64,000 nucleotides of DNA, from the NCBI GenBank assembly GCA_964420015.1, contig CAYQPO010000002.1:7997-71996 (forward strand), written 5' to 3'. The translations under genes and the position numbers were made by a program. The notes beneath the pieces are model-generated. The model was not told where the DNA came from. It saw only the letters and a list, made by a program, of their open reading frames with translations, and did no database searches. Shown here piece after piece: positions 9,696 through 18,787 of the stretch (position 1 is the stretch's first letter; every line of letters starts with the position of its first letter). Source of the stretch: an uncultured Candidatus Saccharibacteria bacterium. GTDB lineage: Bacteria; Patescibacteriota; Minisyncoccia; Phycocordibacterales; SBAW01.

Positions 9696-10232
9696 ATGGA
9701 TCTAATTCAAGCAAAACAAAAGAAAACACACGAGGCGCTCAAAGGCGAAATGGGCTGGAAGAGTGTAATGCAAACGCCAAAAATTTCTAAAGTGGTGGTC
9801 TCGGTTGGCGTGGGCAAAATGACCAAAGACAAAGGTCGCGTTGAATTGGTTGCCGACCGGCTTGCTAAGATCACGGGCCAAAAGCCCGCTACTCGCGGCG
9901 CCAAAAAGTCGATCGCAACCTACAAGACCCGGATCGGCGATTTGGTGGGCTACCAGGTGACGCTCCGGGGCAAGCGCATGGAGGACTTTCTTAACCGCCT
10001 GTTGCATGTGGCGCTGCCGCGCACCAAAGACTTTAAAGGCATCTCGCTTGCAGGTGCCGATGAGATGGGCAACTACACGCTCGGCGTGCGCGAGCACACC
10101 GTCTTCCCCGAAACCGCCGACGAGGATATCAAAGATGTGTTCGGGATGGCGATCACAATCGTAACCACTGCTAAAGACAAAAAAGAGGCGCAAGCCTACC
10201 TCAAACACCTCGGCTTCCCGTTTAAGAAATAG
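9696..10232 (+). CDS. rplE: 50S ribosomal protein L5
   Basis: ITGQKP, VTLRGKRM, ALPRTKDFKG, GNYTLG. Confidence 0.98.
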   Translation: MDLIQAKQKKTHEALKGEMGWKSVMQTPKISKVVVSVGVGKMTKDKGRVELVADRLAKITGQKPATRGAKKSIATYKTRIGDLVGYQVTLRGKRMEDFLNRLLHVALPRTKDFKGISLAGADEMGNYTLGVREHTVFPETADEDIKDVFGMAITIVTTAKDKKEAQAYLKHLGFPFKK

Positions 10233-10337
10233 GGAACAAAAAACTCCAGAGGCGTTTTTGAGATATCCTCGGCGGGAAGGAATTATAAAGAAAAAGGCAC
10301 GACCGTAAGGCCGTGCCAAATTGATTGAAGGTTCTCG

Positions 10338-10670
10338 CTACTTTTTCATGAGAGCGTCGACCCTGAATTCCGCCCACGTCTGGGGATCGTAGATCTTCGC
10401 TGAAAGTTGCTCGAGCTCGGCGATGCGATTGTCGTCCATGACAGGATGGTAGCGCTGCATGAACTCGCCGAGTGGACGGAAATCCCAGCCGCCCTTGATC
10501 TTGTAGACGTAGGCTTCTTGGTCGAGAGGGCGGTAGACCACCACTTCTTCCCAGCCTGGCGGTGCATCTTTGCAATAAGCCAGCTTGAGCCACTCGACCA
10601 CCCGTACCCCGGGTGCAGCGTCTTCGGGACGCTCGACGTGATCGAAGTACTTCACCTCCTTGATCGGCAT
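10338..10670 (-). CDS. Hypothetical protein
   Basis: ORF starting MPIKEVKY with AGGA SD, 1 nt downstream of the MOSC gene stop. Confidence 0.65.
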   Translation of the reverse strand: MPIKEVKYFDHVERPEDAAPGVRVVEWLKLAYCKDAPPGWEEVVVYRPLDQEAYVYKIKGGWDFRPLGEFMQRYHPVMDDNRIAELEQLSAKIYDPQTWAEFRVDALMKK

Positions 10671-10671
10671 G

Positions 10672-11136
10672 TTAATAGTCCTTCTTGGGAGGGACGACCG
10701 AGTCGCCAACCTTGAACATGCCGCTCTTGACGACTTCGGCGATCAACCCACCGCGGTCGTGGAAGACATCGCGGAAGGCAACCGACTTGCCACTGAGGAC
10801 ACTTGGCCGCAAGCAAGGATCGCAGTATTTCACGCCACGCAGTGTTGCCTCGCCGACCTGAAATTCCTTGCCGATGAGATCCATGAGCTCGACGCCGAGC
10901 GTCACGATGTTGCGGCGGGTGTCGACGTAGTCGAATCCGCTGCCAGCGAAGAAAGCTCCGTTGATGAGGCTGACTTGGCGTTTGCCTTGCCGCCCCTTAT
11001 TGAAGCTGCCTTCGCCACGGGAGTAGCGGTCTCCTTCGAGACCCTGCCCCTCAATGGCGTAGACAGTTTGCTGTTGCTGCATCGGGGCTCCTGCTTCGGA
11101 TCCGATGCAGATGGCTAATACGCTTCCGTTCGCCAT
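10672..11136 (-). CDS. MOSC-domain protein
   Basis: GLEGDRY, RQVSLI, RRNIVT, CDPC, RGGLIAEV; GGGAGG SD before ATG 11136. Confidence 0.85.
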   Translation of the reverse strand: MANGSVLAICIGSEAGAPMQQQQTVYAIEGQGLEGDRYSRGEGSFNKGRQGKRQVSLINGAFFAGSGFDYVDTRRNIVTLGVELMDLIGKEFQVGEATLRGVKYCDPCLRPSVLSGKSVAFRDVFHDRGGLIAEVVKSGMFKVGDSVVPPKKDY

Positions 11137-11329
11137 TTTGTGCCTCCCTGGTTGGAACAAAGCGGCCTTTAAAATACAATGGACACCCACGATTAGCAAG
11201 GAAATTTTTGCAAAGCCTCTTTCACCGAAAGGTATTTTAGAAACGTGGAGGAGTTTTTGCGGAACAACTGTCAAGAAATAAAAAATGAAGAGCCTGGCGG
11301 TGAAGCCGGGCTCTTTCTTTTGTGGCGTA

Positions 11330-11761
11330 CTAGGCGGAGTAGGTGACGAGCACCTGTCGCATATAGCGGCGATGGCGAAGAAAGTTCTGAGCTTTTTTGA
11401 GGAGATCTTGGCGCAGCTCTCGCAGTATTTGCGAATACGCCACCTCGCTTTCTGGAGGCTCCTCTCCAAGCGCTTTTCGCGTCTCGATGGTCCGAAAGAG
11501 GAGAAACGCAACTGTTTCTAAACTTTTACTCGTGTTGCGCATCGCCACCACTTCTTTGAAGCAAGCTCGGCGCTTGGCCAACGTAGCTTCGAATCGACAG
11601 CCCTGGGCAAGCCGAACAAAGAAGTACTCAGAGGGTGCCTCCAGAAAGCCCTTCTCGATGGAGTAGAAAGGTTCTTTCAGAGCCGGGCCAAGAAAAAGTT
11701 TCTCTGCGCTCGCGGTTGTGGCCAGACAGAGCCACGTAATCAAAACAAGAATGGACCTCAT
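11330..11761 (-). CDS. Hypothetical secreted protein
   Basis: AAGGAGG SD; signal peptide MRSILVLITWLCLATTASA. Confidence 0.65.
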   Translation of the reverse strand: MRSILVLITWLCLATTASAEKLFLGPALKEPFYSIEKGFLEAPSEYFFVRLAQGCRFEATLAKRRACFKEVVAMRNTSKSLETVAFLLFRTIETRKALGEEPPESEVAYSQILRELRQDLLKKAQNFLRHRRYMRQVLVTYSA

Positions 11762-11853
11762 CTGCAGCCTCCTTGGCTGGTTTCTACTCAGCAGTATATA
11801 CAAAAAACAAAGGCCCGCCGATGAGGCGGGCCTTTTTGATTGCGGGGCGAGGA

Positions 11854-12102
11854 TCAGGCAATGATCTTGAGCCACCGGCCGTTGATCCAGAAGAACGCCT
11901 TGGGGTGGGGGTAGCCATCCTTATCGATGATCTGGATGTCCTCGTCGAGGACCTCCCAGTCGTCGCTGCGGAGAATTTCGCCCATGTGAGTGGTCATCTC
12001 CTCCGGCGACTCGTGGTGGAGTGATACCTCGGCGAAAGCATCGAGGAGGGCGTCGTGAGCTTGGTCCTCCTTCGACTTGAGCGCAAGAACAGCTGCAGCC
12101 AT
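11854..12102 (-). CDS. Hypothetical small acidic protein
   Basis: 82-aa ORF with GGGAG SD; terminator hairpin at about 11809-11837. Confidence 0.6.
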   Translation of the reverse strand: MAAAVLALKSKEDQAHDALLDAFAEVSLHHESPEEMTTHMGEILRSDDWEVLDEDIQIIDKDGYPHPKAFFWINGRWLKIIA

Positions 12103-12237
12103 AGTGGCTCCCTACGTTGCCGTTGACCTGTATAAACTAGTAACCCAATTCGTAAGAGTTGTCAACTTTTTACCCAGATATTTGCATTATTTATAGCCCT
12201 AGGCTATAGTGCTCGAAGCCCAATCAGGGCCCCTTTT

Positions 12238-12282
12238 TCTTGTTAGGTCTCCCAGACATAGGTTGGGGAGATACCGACAGGA
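12238..12282 (+). promoter_or_regulatory. Putative S8-binding leader (16S helix-21 mimic) upstream of rpsN-rpsH
   Basis: Hairpin cttGTTAGGTCtccc...gggaGATACCGACagg resembling the h21 core GUUAAGUC/GAUACUGGC; TATAGT -10 at 12205-12210. Confidence 0.65.
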
Positions 12283-12292
12283 TCATAGCCAT

Positions 12293-12478
12293 ATGGCAAA
12301 GAAATCTACCGTTGCACGCTCAAACCGCCCCCCGAAGTTTAAGTCTCGGGTGGTTCGCCGTTGCTTTCGCTGCGGCCGCAAGCGCGCCTTTATGCGCGAC
12401 TTCGGCCTTTGTCGCGCCTGCTTTCGCGAAGCAGCAAATGAGGGTCTTATCCCAGGCGTGAAGAAATCGTCTTGGTAA
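12293..12478 (+). CDS. rpsN: 30S ribosomal protein S14, type Z (zinc-binding)
   Basis: RRCFRCGR and LCRACFRE; 61 aa. Confidence 0.97.
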   Translation: MAKKSTVARSNRPPKFKSRVVRRCFRCGRKRAFMRDFGLCRACFREAANEGLIPGVKKSSW

Positions 12479-12481
12479 TGT

Positions 12482-12862
12482 ATGGTAACTGACCCTATTG
12501 CAGACTTGTTGGTTCGCCTCCAAAATGCTTCGCGCGTGGGCAAAGTGTCTGTCTCGCTCCCATACTCGCGCATTAAGCTTTCGATCGCTGAAGTGTTGGC
12601 CAAAGAGGGCTACGTAGAGAGTCCTTCGCAAAAAAACTTCTCGCTCACTATTCCTTTGCGCTACAGCGCTGGCAAACCCGCAATCCAAGGCGTTAAGCGC
12701 CTCTCCAAGCCCTCACGCCGCACCTATCTCGGTGTGCGCGACGTTCGCTCGGTTAAGCGCGGCCATGGGCTTTTGGTCCTCTCGACGCCAAAGGGTGTTA
12801 TGAGCGGCCAAGAGGCGCGCAAGCAGCGCGTCGGTGGCGAAGCCCTGTTCGAAATTTGGTAA
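12482..12862 (+). CDS. rpsH: 30S ribosomal protein S8
   Basis: DPIADLLVRLQNA, SKPSRR, STPKGVM. Confidence 0.98.
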   Translation: MVTDPIADLLVRLQNASRVGKVSVSLPYSRIKLSIAEVLAKEGYVESPSQKNFSLTIPLRYSAGKPAIQGVKRLSKPSRRTYLGVRDVRSVKRGHGLLVLSTPKGVMSGQEARKQRVGGEALFEIW

Positions 12863-12867
12863 TTATT

Positions 12868-13401
12868 ATGAGCCGCCTTGCTAAACGCCCCATTGCTATA
12901 CCGCCCAAAACCGAGGTTACCGTCTCCGGTTCTTCGGTCGTGGTTAAGGGTCCCAAGGGCACGCTTGAAAAGCCGCTGCACCGCCTGGTAAACATCGAGG
13001 TGGGAGGCGAGGGTGTGCAGGTTTCTCCCAAGGGCGAGAGTCTTGAGAGCAAGGCGCTTATTGGTACGTACGCTTCACACGTGCGCAACATGCTCCAAGG
13101 GGTCAACAGTGGTTTTTCGAAGAAGCTCTTGGTTGAGGGGGTGGGCTACAAATGGGACCTTAAGGGTAAACAAATCCAGCTTGCGCTGGGCTTCTCTCAC
13201 CCCGTGCTTGTAGACGTCCCCGAGGGGATTGCGATCAGAATAGACAAGGGAACGATGGAGATCGTTGGCGCCGACAAAGAGTTGGTCGGCCAGTTTGCCG
13301 CCAACATCCGCGCATTAAAAAAACCCGAGCCGTATAAAGGCAAGGGCATCCGCTACGAGGGTGAGGTTGTCCGTCGCAAGCAAGGCAAGAAGGCTGCATA
13401 G
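12868..13401 (+). CDS. rplF: 50S ribosomal protein L6
   Basis: [24 protein letters not shown]. Confidence 0.98.
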   Translation: MSRLAKRPIAIPPKTEVTVSGSSVVVKGPKGTLEKPLHRLVNIEVGGEGVQVSPKGESLESKALIGTYASHVRNMLQGVNSGFSKKLLVEGVGYKWDLKGKQIQLALGFSHPVLVDVPEGIAIRIDKGTMEIVGADKELVGQFAANIRALKKPEPYKGKGIRYEGEVVRRKQGKKAA

Positions 13402-13430
13402 TTCGATATGACTCACCACCAGTAACCACT

Positions 13431-13730
13431 ATGAAACTCCAACGCCGCCACAACCGCATACGCGCCAAGATCTCTGGCACTTCGGAGCGCCCGCGCTTGG
13501 CAGTGTATCGCTCCAATCGCTTTATGGAGGCGCAGGTTATTGATGACACAAGGGGCCGTACGCTTTTGAGCGGCAAGATGGCTGACCCCGAAAAGCTCGG
13601 GAGTGAGATTGCTTCTAAAGCCAAAGTGCAAGGGATCACCAAGGTGGTGTTCGATCGCGGCGGTTTTCGGTATAGTGGCAAGGTCGCTAAGCTAGCGGAG
13701 GCGGCGCGCAAGGGTGGTCTGGAATTCTAA
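13431..13730 (+). CDS. rplR: 50S ribosomal protein L18
   Basis: [25 protein letters not shown]. Confidence 0.97.
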   Translation: MKLQRRHNRIRAKISGTSERPRLAVYRSNRFMEAQVIDDTRGRTLLSGKMADPEKLGSEIASKAKVQGITKVVFDRGGFRYSGKVAKLAEAARKGGLEF

Positions 13731-13763
13731 AAATCACTCGTAAACTCGTATTCAACACATTGT

Positions 13764-14351
13764 ATGGCTGACGAAATTATCACAACGCAAGAGGCAGTTA
13801 CAACGGAGGCTACCCCCGAGGTTGCTGCGACGCCTCAAGACGCACGCCCGGGCCGCGGTGAACGAGGTCGTGGCCGCGGCCGCGGCGACCGCCGGCCATC
13901 GAGCCGCCCCCCTCGCCAAAAGAGCGAGTTTGACCAAAAAATGATCACAATCCGCCGTGTGGCACGCACGGTCGCTGGGGGCAGGCGCTTCTCTTTCTCA
14001 GTGGCGCTCATTATCGGCAACAAAAAGGGCAAAGTGGGTGTGGGCTTGGGTAAGGCCGGCGACACCACGCTCGCGATCGACAAAGCGGTGCGCGATGCCA
14101 AAAAGCATATGATCACGGTCAATCTCACCGAAGAGAACTCGATCGCGCACGAAACGCACGCAAAATATGCCGCGTCACGCGTTATGCTCATACCGGCCAA
14201 GGGCCGCGGTTTGGTCGCCGGCTCCTCGGTACGCCCCGTGCTCGAGCTTGCGGGCATTACCAACACGGTTGCCAAGATTCACTCGGGTTCAAAAAATGGT
14301 CTCAACAATGCGCGCGCTGCAATTGCCGCACTTAAATCACTGAAAGCGTAA
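13764..14351 (+). CDS. rpsE: 30S ribosomal protein S5
   Basis: RVARTVAGGRRFSF, GVGLGKA, VLELAGI. Confidence 0.98.
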   Translation: MADEIITTQEAVTTEATPEVAATPQDARPGRGERGRGRGRGDRRPSSRPPRQKSEFDQKMITIRRVARTVAGGRRFSFSVALIIGNKKGKVGVGLGKAGDTTLAIDKAVRDAKKHMITVNLTEENSIAHETHAKYAASRVMLIPAKGRGLVAGSSVRPVLELAGITNTVAKIHSGSKNGLNNARAAIAALKSLKA

Positions 14352-14357
14352 ATTTCT

Positions 14358-14804
14358 ATGCAACTCCACGAACTTAAACGTCATACTCCCAACAAAGGCT
14401 CCAAACGCATTGGTCGCGGTCGCGGCTCGGGCAAGGGCAAGACCGCTGGGCGCGGCACCAAAGGGCAAAACGCTCGTGCTGGCCACAAAAAGCGCCCTGA
14501 TGTCCGCGAGAAGCTCAAAAAACTTCCCAAGCTGCGCGGGCGCGGTATTCATCCGCTCCACTCTATACAGCTGCGTGCCTCGGTGGTCAACCTTACCGTG
14601 CTCGAAAAGGTGTTTAACGCAGGTGAGGTGGTAAGCCCGACGACGCTCCTTGAGCGCGGCGTTGTGCGCGCACGCAAAGGGCAAACTCCTGCAATTAAAA
14701 TTTTGGGCGAAGGGAGTTTGAGCAAGAAACTCACGTTTGAAAAGGTGGCGACCTCGGCCTCGGCCAAAGCCGCAATAGAAAAGGCCGGCGGCTCAGTTGC
14801 CTAA
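14358..14804 (+). CDS. rplO: 50S ribosomal protein L15
   Basis: RIGRGRGSGKGKTAGRGTKGQNARAG, KILGEG, IEKAGG. Confidence 0.98.
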   Translation: MQLHELKRHTPNKGSKRIGRGRGSGKGKTAGRGTKGQNARAGHKKRPDVREKLKKLPKLRGRGIHPLHSIQLRASVVNLTVLEKVFNAGEVVSPTTLLERGVVRARKGQTPAIKILGEGSLSKKLTFEKVATSASAKAAIEKAGGSVA

Positions 14805-14808
14805 GATC

Positions 14809-16080
14809 ATGGGTACTTTTATCCAAAAACTCACGCTCCTCATCCAAGACCCACAGCTGCGCGGGCGCCTCTTTTTTGTAATCGGCTCTTTGGCGGTCTT
14901 TCGCGTGCTTGCCTCGATCCCCATCCCGGGCATCAATGCCGCGCAATTGCAAAATTTTTTCACCAATAACCAGTTTTTTGGCTTGCTCAACCTCTTTTCT
15001 GGCGGGGGGCTCTCTAACCTTTCGCTCGTGATGCTCGGTGTGGGTCCCTACATTACCGCCTCGATCGTGATGCAGCTCTTGACCCTCATGATCCCGAGCC
15101 TCAAGGCGCTCTATCAAGAAGAGGGCGAGGCCGGCCGCGCCAAGTTTAGTATGTATACCCGCCTTCTCACGCTCCCCGTGGCGGTGGTCCAAGGCATCTC
15201 ATTCCTTATTATTCTTGAGCGCCAAGCGGTGCTACCGATTTTGGGCACGCTCCCATTTGTCATCAACCTCATCACGATCGTTGCGGGCTCGCTCCTGCTC
15301 ATGTGGATCGGCGAACTTATTTCTGAGTATGGCCTCGGCAACGGGGTGTCGGTGCTCATCTTTGCAGGTATTGTGGCGCGCTTGCCGAGCGACTTTTCTC
15401 AAACACTGTTCGCCTTCGACTCGACGCAAATCCCCGTGTATCTCGGGTTTATTGTCGCTGCGCTTGCGGTTATAGCTGCGGTGGTACTCATTACCGAGGC
15501 CGAGCGCCCCGTGCCGGTAACCTACGCTAAGCGCGTCCGAGGAATGAAGTTTTTTGGTGGCTCCTCGACCTATTTGCCGCTGCGCCTCAACCAGGCAGGA
15601 GTGATCCCAATCATCTTTGCGCTCTCGTTTTTGCTCATCCCGCAGATGTTCGCAACCTTCTTTCAGGGTTCCTCGCATACAATTTTGGCGAGTATTTCGG
15701 CATGGATCTTGAGCGTACTCCAAAACCTTACGGTGTACGGTCTCGTCTACTTTGTGCTGGTCTTCCTCTTTACCTACTTCTATACCGCGGTTACGTTTGA
15801 CCCACACCAAATTGCCGAGAACCTGCAAAAAAACGGCGCGTTCATCCCCGGCGTGCGCCCGGGCAATTCGACCGAAGAGTACTTGGGGAGCGTGATCACC
15901 CGCATCACCTTTGTAGGCGCTCTGTTCCTCGGCGTGATCGCGGTGTTACCGATCATTATGCAAGGAGTAACGGGGCTCACCACACTCTCACTTGGCGGCA
16001 CCGCGCTCCTCATCGTTGTCTCGGTTATTTTGGACCTCGCCCGCCGCATCGACGCGCAGATCTCCATTCGCGAATACTAG
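14809..16080 (+). CDS. secY: Preprotein translocase subunit SecY
   Basis: LGVGPYITASIVMQLL, GLGNGVS, FIPGVRPG, GGTALLIVV. Confidence 0.99.
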   Translation: MGTFIQKLTLLIQDPQLRGRLFFVIGSLAVFRVLASIPIPGINAAQLQNFFTNNQFFGLLNLFSGGGLSNLSLVMLGVGPYITASIVMQLLTLMIPSLKALYQEEGEAGRAKFSMYTRLLTLPVAVVQGISFLIILERQAVLPILGTLPFVINLITIVAGSLLLMWIGELISEYGLGNGVSVLIFAGIVARLPSDFSQTLFAFDSTQIPVYLGFIVAALAVIAAVVLITEAERPVPVTYAKRVRGMKFFGGSSTYLPLRLNQAGVIPIIFALSFLLIPQMFATFFQGSSHTILASISAWILSVLQNLTVYGLVYFVLVFLFTYFYTAVTFDPHQIAENLQKNGAFIPGVRPGNSTEEYLGSVITRITFVGALFLGVIAVLPIIMQGVTGLTTLSLGGTALLIVVSVILDLARRIDAQISIREY

Positions 16081-16095
16081 CGGTAGAATACGCCT

Positions 16096-16455
16096 ATGAA
16101 GCGCATCGGGGCACGCATCATAGCTGAAGCTTTGTTTGTACTCCACAGTGGGCTTATGGTGGTGCTTTTGGTAGGATGGCTCTTCCCCGAGCCGTACTAC
16201 TACATTTACCTTTCGATCCTCTCGGCCACCTTTCTTACCCAGCTTTTCTTCCGCTACTGTTTGCTCACCGCGTGGGAGTTTTATTTTAGACGCGTGCTCC
16301 AGCCCGACTTAGGCCCCACGCCTTACTTCTTGACCTACTACTCACACAAAATGTTCCCGGGCTGGGTAACCGACAGCTTCGTCGATCGTATCTCGCTGGT
16401 CTTTTTGGGTGTCTCGATCGCCTTTGCCGCACTGCATCTATCAGGGAATTTATAG
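16096..16455 (+). CDS. Small membrane protein (DUF2784-like)
   Basis: Hydrophobic; H in TM1, CLLTAWE motif; TAGAAT 6 nt before ATG. Confidence 0.6.
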   Translation: MKRIGARIIAEALFVLHSGLMVVLLVGWLFPEPYYYIYLSILSATFLTQLFFRYCLLTAWEFYFRRVLQPDLGPTPYFLTYYSHKMFPGWVTDSFVDRISLVFLGVSIAFAALHLSGNL

Positions 16456-16467
16456 TAGAGTGGGGCA

Positions 16468-17037
16468 ATGCAACTCCACACATTTTTGATGATGGGTAGG
16501 CCCGGCGCGGGGAAAGGGACTCAAGCTAAGCTCTTGGCCAAAAAGTTGGGTGCCGAAATTTATTCTTCGGGCAATCGCTTGCGCGAGATGGCTAAAGGTC
16601 ATGGATTTGTGGCCGAAAAAGTAAAACATGTGATAGAGCGCGGCGACCTACTCCCCCCATGGTTCTCCTCGCATCTGTTTGTTGACCTCTTGCTCGGGCG
16701 CGAGCCGAGTGAGCTGGTGGTGTTCGAAGGGGCGTGCCGCCGGCTTGAGGAGGCACAGGCGTTTGACCAAACCGCCACCTGGCTCGAGCGTCCGTACAAA
16801 GCGATCTTTTTAAATATTTCTGACCAAGAGGTAGAAAAACGCCTGCGCTTACGTGCGGGGGTAGAGGGGCGTAAAGATGATGCTTCAGACACGATCTCGC
16901 ATCGCATTAAAGAGTACGAAGAGAAAACTGCTCCCGCCGTTGCATTTTTTAAAGAGCGCGGCGTGTTGGTCGAAATTAATGGCGAGCAATCGGTGGAGCA
17001 GGTGCAGACTGCAATTGCTACAGCGCTTGGTCTCTGA
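16468..17037 (+). CDS. adk: Adenylate kinase (short-lid type)
   Basis: GRPGAGKGTQA P-loop, RKDD; secY-adk-map synteny. Confidence 0.92.
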   Translation: MQLHTFLMMGRPGAGKGTQAKLLAKKLGAEIYSSGNRLREMAKGHGFVAEKVKHVIERGDLLPPWFSSHLFVDLLLGREPSELVVFEGACRRLEEAQAFDQTATWLERPYKAIFLNISDQEVEKRLRLRAGVEGRKDDASDTISHRIKEYEEKTAPAVAFFKERGVLVEINGEQSVEQVQTAIATALGL

Positions 17038-17061
17038 CAATCAATCGCAAGCTCGTATCCC

Positions 17062-17874
17062 ATGATCACTCGTAACGAAGAAGACCTTAAACAATTGCGC
17101 GCTGCTGGCAAAATTTTGGCCGGCGTGCTCGATGATCTCGAAAAGCTCACTAAAGATGGAGTCTCGGCTGCCGAGCTCGACTTAGCAGCCGAGCACACGA
17201 TCCGTGCGCGCGGCGCCACTCCGGCATTTTTGGGCTACCAACCCGAAGGGGCGACGCATCCATTCCCCGCGACATTGTGCGTTTCACTCAACGACGAGGT
17301 GGTACACGGCCTGCCGCATGCCGAAAAAGTTTTGCGCAAAGGCGACGTGGTCATGTACGACCTCGGGCTCTCGTACAAAGGCTACTTTGTCGATGCTGCG
17401 CGCACCCACTTGGTTGGGTATCATACTAACTTTGTCCAAAGCGGCGAGCAGTCGCTGCGGGTCATCGAGGGCGACGCAGCAGCGCAAAAGTTGATTATGG
17501 CCACCCACGAGGCGCTCGGCGCGGCGCTTGCGGTGATCCGCCCTGGCGCACACACCGGCGACATTGGCGCAGCAGTCTCGCGTGTTGCAAAAAAGTATGG
17601 ATATACCACACCGCACGAGCTTGGCGGCCACGGCTTGGGCAAGGTGGCGCACGAAGGCCCGTTTGTCCCGAACGAGGGTAAAGAGGGCGAGGGAGAGGAG
17701 CTCGTTGAAGGTCAGGTGCTCGCCATCGAACCCATTTTTTGTGAAGGCAGCGCCGTGCTTAAAGAAGATGCCGACCACTGGACGCTGCGCACCAAAGACG
17801 GCAAGCGTTCAGCCGAGTTTGAGGACACCATCATCGTCACCAAAAACGGCTGCGAGGTTTTGACTCGGCTCTAA
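17062..17874 (+). CDS. map: Type I methionine aminopeptidase
   Basis: SLNDEVVHGLP, DAART, GHGLG, LAIEP, SAEFEDT. Confidence 0.95.
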   Translation: MITRNEEDLKQLRAAGKILAGVLDDLEKLTKDGVSAAELDLAAEHTIRARGATPAFLGYQPEGATHPFPATLCVSLNDEVVHGLPHAEKVLRKGDVVMYDLGLSYKGYFVDAARTHLVGYHTNFVQSGEQSLRVIEGDAAAQKLIMATHEALGAALAVIRPGAHTGDIGAAVSRVAKKYGYTTPHELGGHGLGKVAHEGPFVPNEGKEGEGEELVEGQVLAIEPIFCEGSAVLKEDADHWTLRTKDGKRSAEFEDTIIVTKNGCEVLTRL

Positions 17875-17924
17875 CATATTTTGGCTTGTGTTTTAAGCCT
17901 TTTTGGGCTATTGTGGGGCACTAT

Positions 17925-18512
17925 ATGGCTACAAAAGTTAAAGAAGAGCGGACATTTGTGTTGGTTAAACCTGATGCCGTCCGCAAAGGACTCATTGGCG
18001 AAATCATTAAGCGTTTTGAGCAGCGCGATTTAAAAGTAGTTGCACTAGAGATGCATCACGCAACGGCAAAAGAAATGGATGGTCATTATCCAAAAGATAA
18101 GGCATGGGTGCGGCGCTTGGGTGAGAACACCGTCAAGTCGTATGAAAAATATGGCCTCAATTTAAAAAAAGATTTTGGTACCGAGGATCCACAAAAAATA
18201 GGAGTATTTGTACGCGGCTGGCTTATAGACTTTATGGTTTCTGCGCCGCTCATCAAAATAGTGGTCGAAGGATTGCACGCGATCGACATGGCGCGGAAAA
18301 TTGTCGGCAAATCGATGCCGTACATGGCTGATATGGGGACTATCCGCGGCGACTTCTCGGTTGATTCCCCCGCCCTGGCCAATGCTGAAAAACGTGCGGT
18401 TTCCAACCTTATACATGCCAGCGAGACCCCCGATGAGGCCAAGCATGAGATCAAGCATTGGTTTGGCGACAAAAAAATCTTCTCCTATAAGCGCTTTGGT
18501 GTTGACGAATAA
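17925..18512 (+). CDS. ndk: Nucleoside diphosphate kinase
   Basis: ERTFVLVKPD, GTIRGDF, NLIHAS. Confidence 0.95.
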   Translation: MATKVKEERTFVLVKPDAVRKGLIGEIIKRFEQRDLKVVALEMHHATAKEMDGHYPKDKAWVRRLGENTVKSYEKYGLNLKKDFGTEDPQKIGVFVRGWLIDFMVSAPLIKIVVEGLHAIDMARKIVGKSMPYMADMGTIRGDFSVDSPALANAEKRAVSNLIHASETPDEAKHEIKHWFGDKKIFSYKRFGVDE

Positions 18513-18575
18513 TCAAACCGAATCTCAAAACTAGAATCCACAACCATAGAAAGGTGATTTTGGTATACTAGGCTC

Positions 18576-18719
18576 AGGACTACCGAAGGCAAAAGTTACT
18601 TAAGTGATCTACAGGGAAGCTCGAAACCCCTCGCAATCGCGAGATTGTCTGCGCCGCCGTGGCGGCGCGATAGAGCACCCACTTAGCGCAACAAGTAGAC
18701 GCTTTGCTTTCGAAGTCCT
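18576..18719 (+). ncRNA. Candidate rod-like structured ncRNA (possibly 6S-like)
   Basis: Nested pairings aggact/agtcct, cgaaggcaaa/tttgctttcg, taagtg/cactta, gctc/gagc plus two apical hairpins; TATACT upstream, terminator downstream. Confidence 0.55.
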
Positions 18720-18787
18720 ACTAAAAATACCGCCTGGAGGCGGCATTTTTAGTAGTCCTGAGCTTGTCGAAGGGCTATAATACTTTG

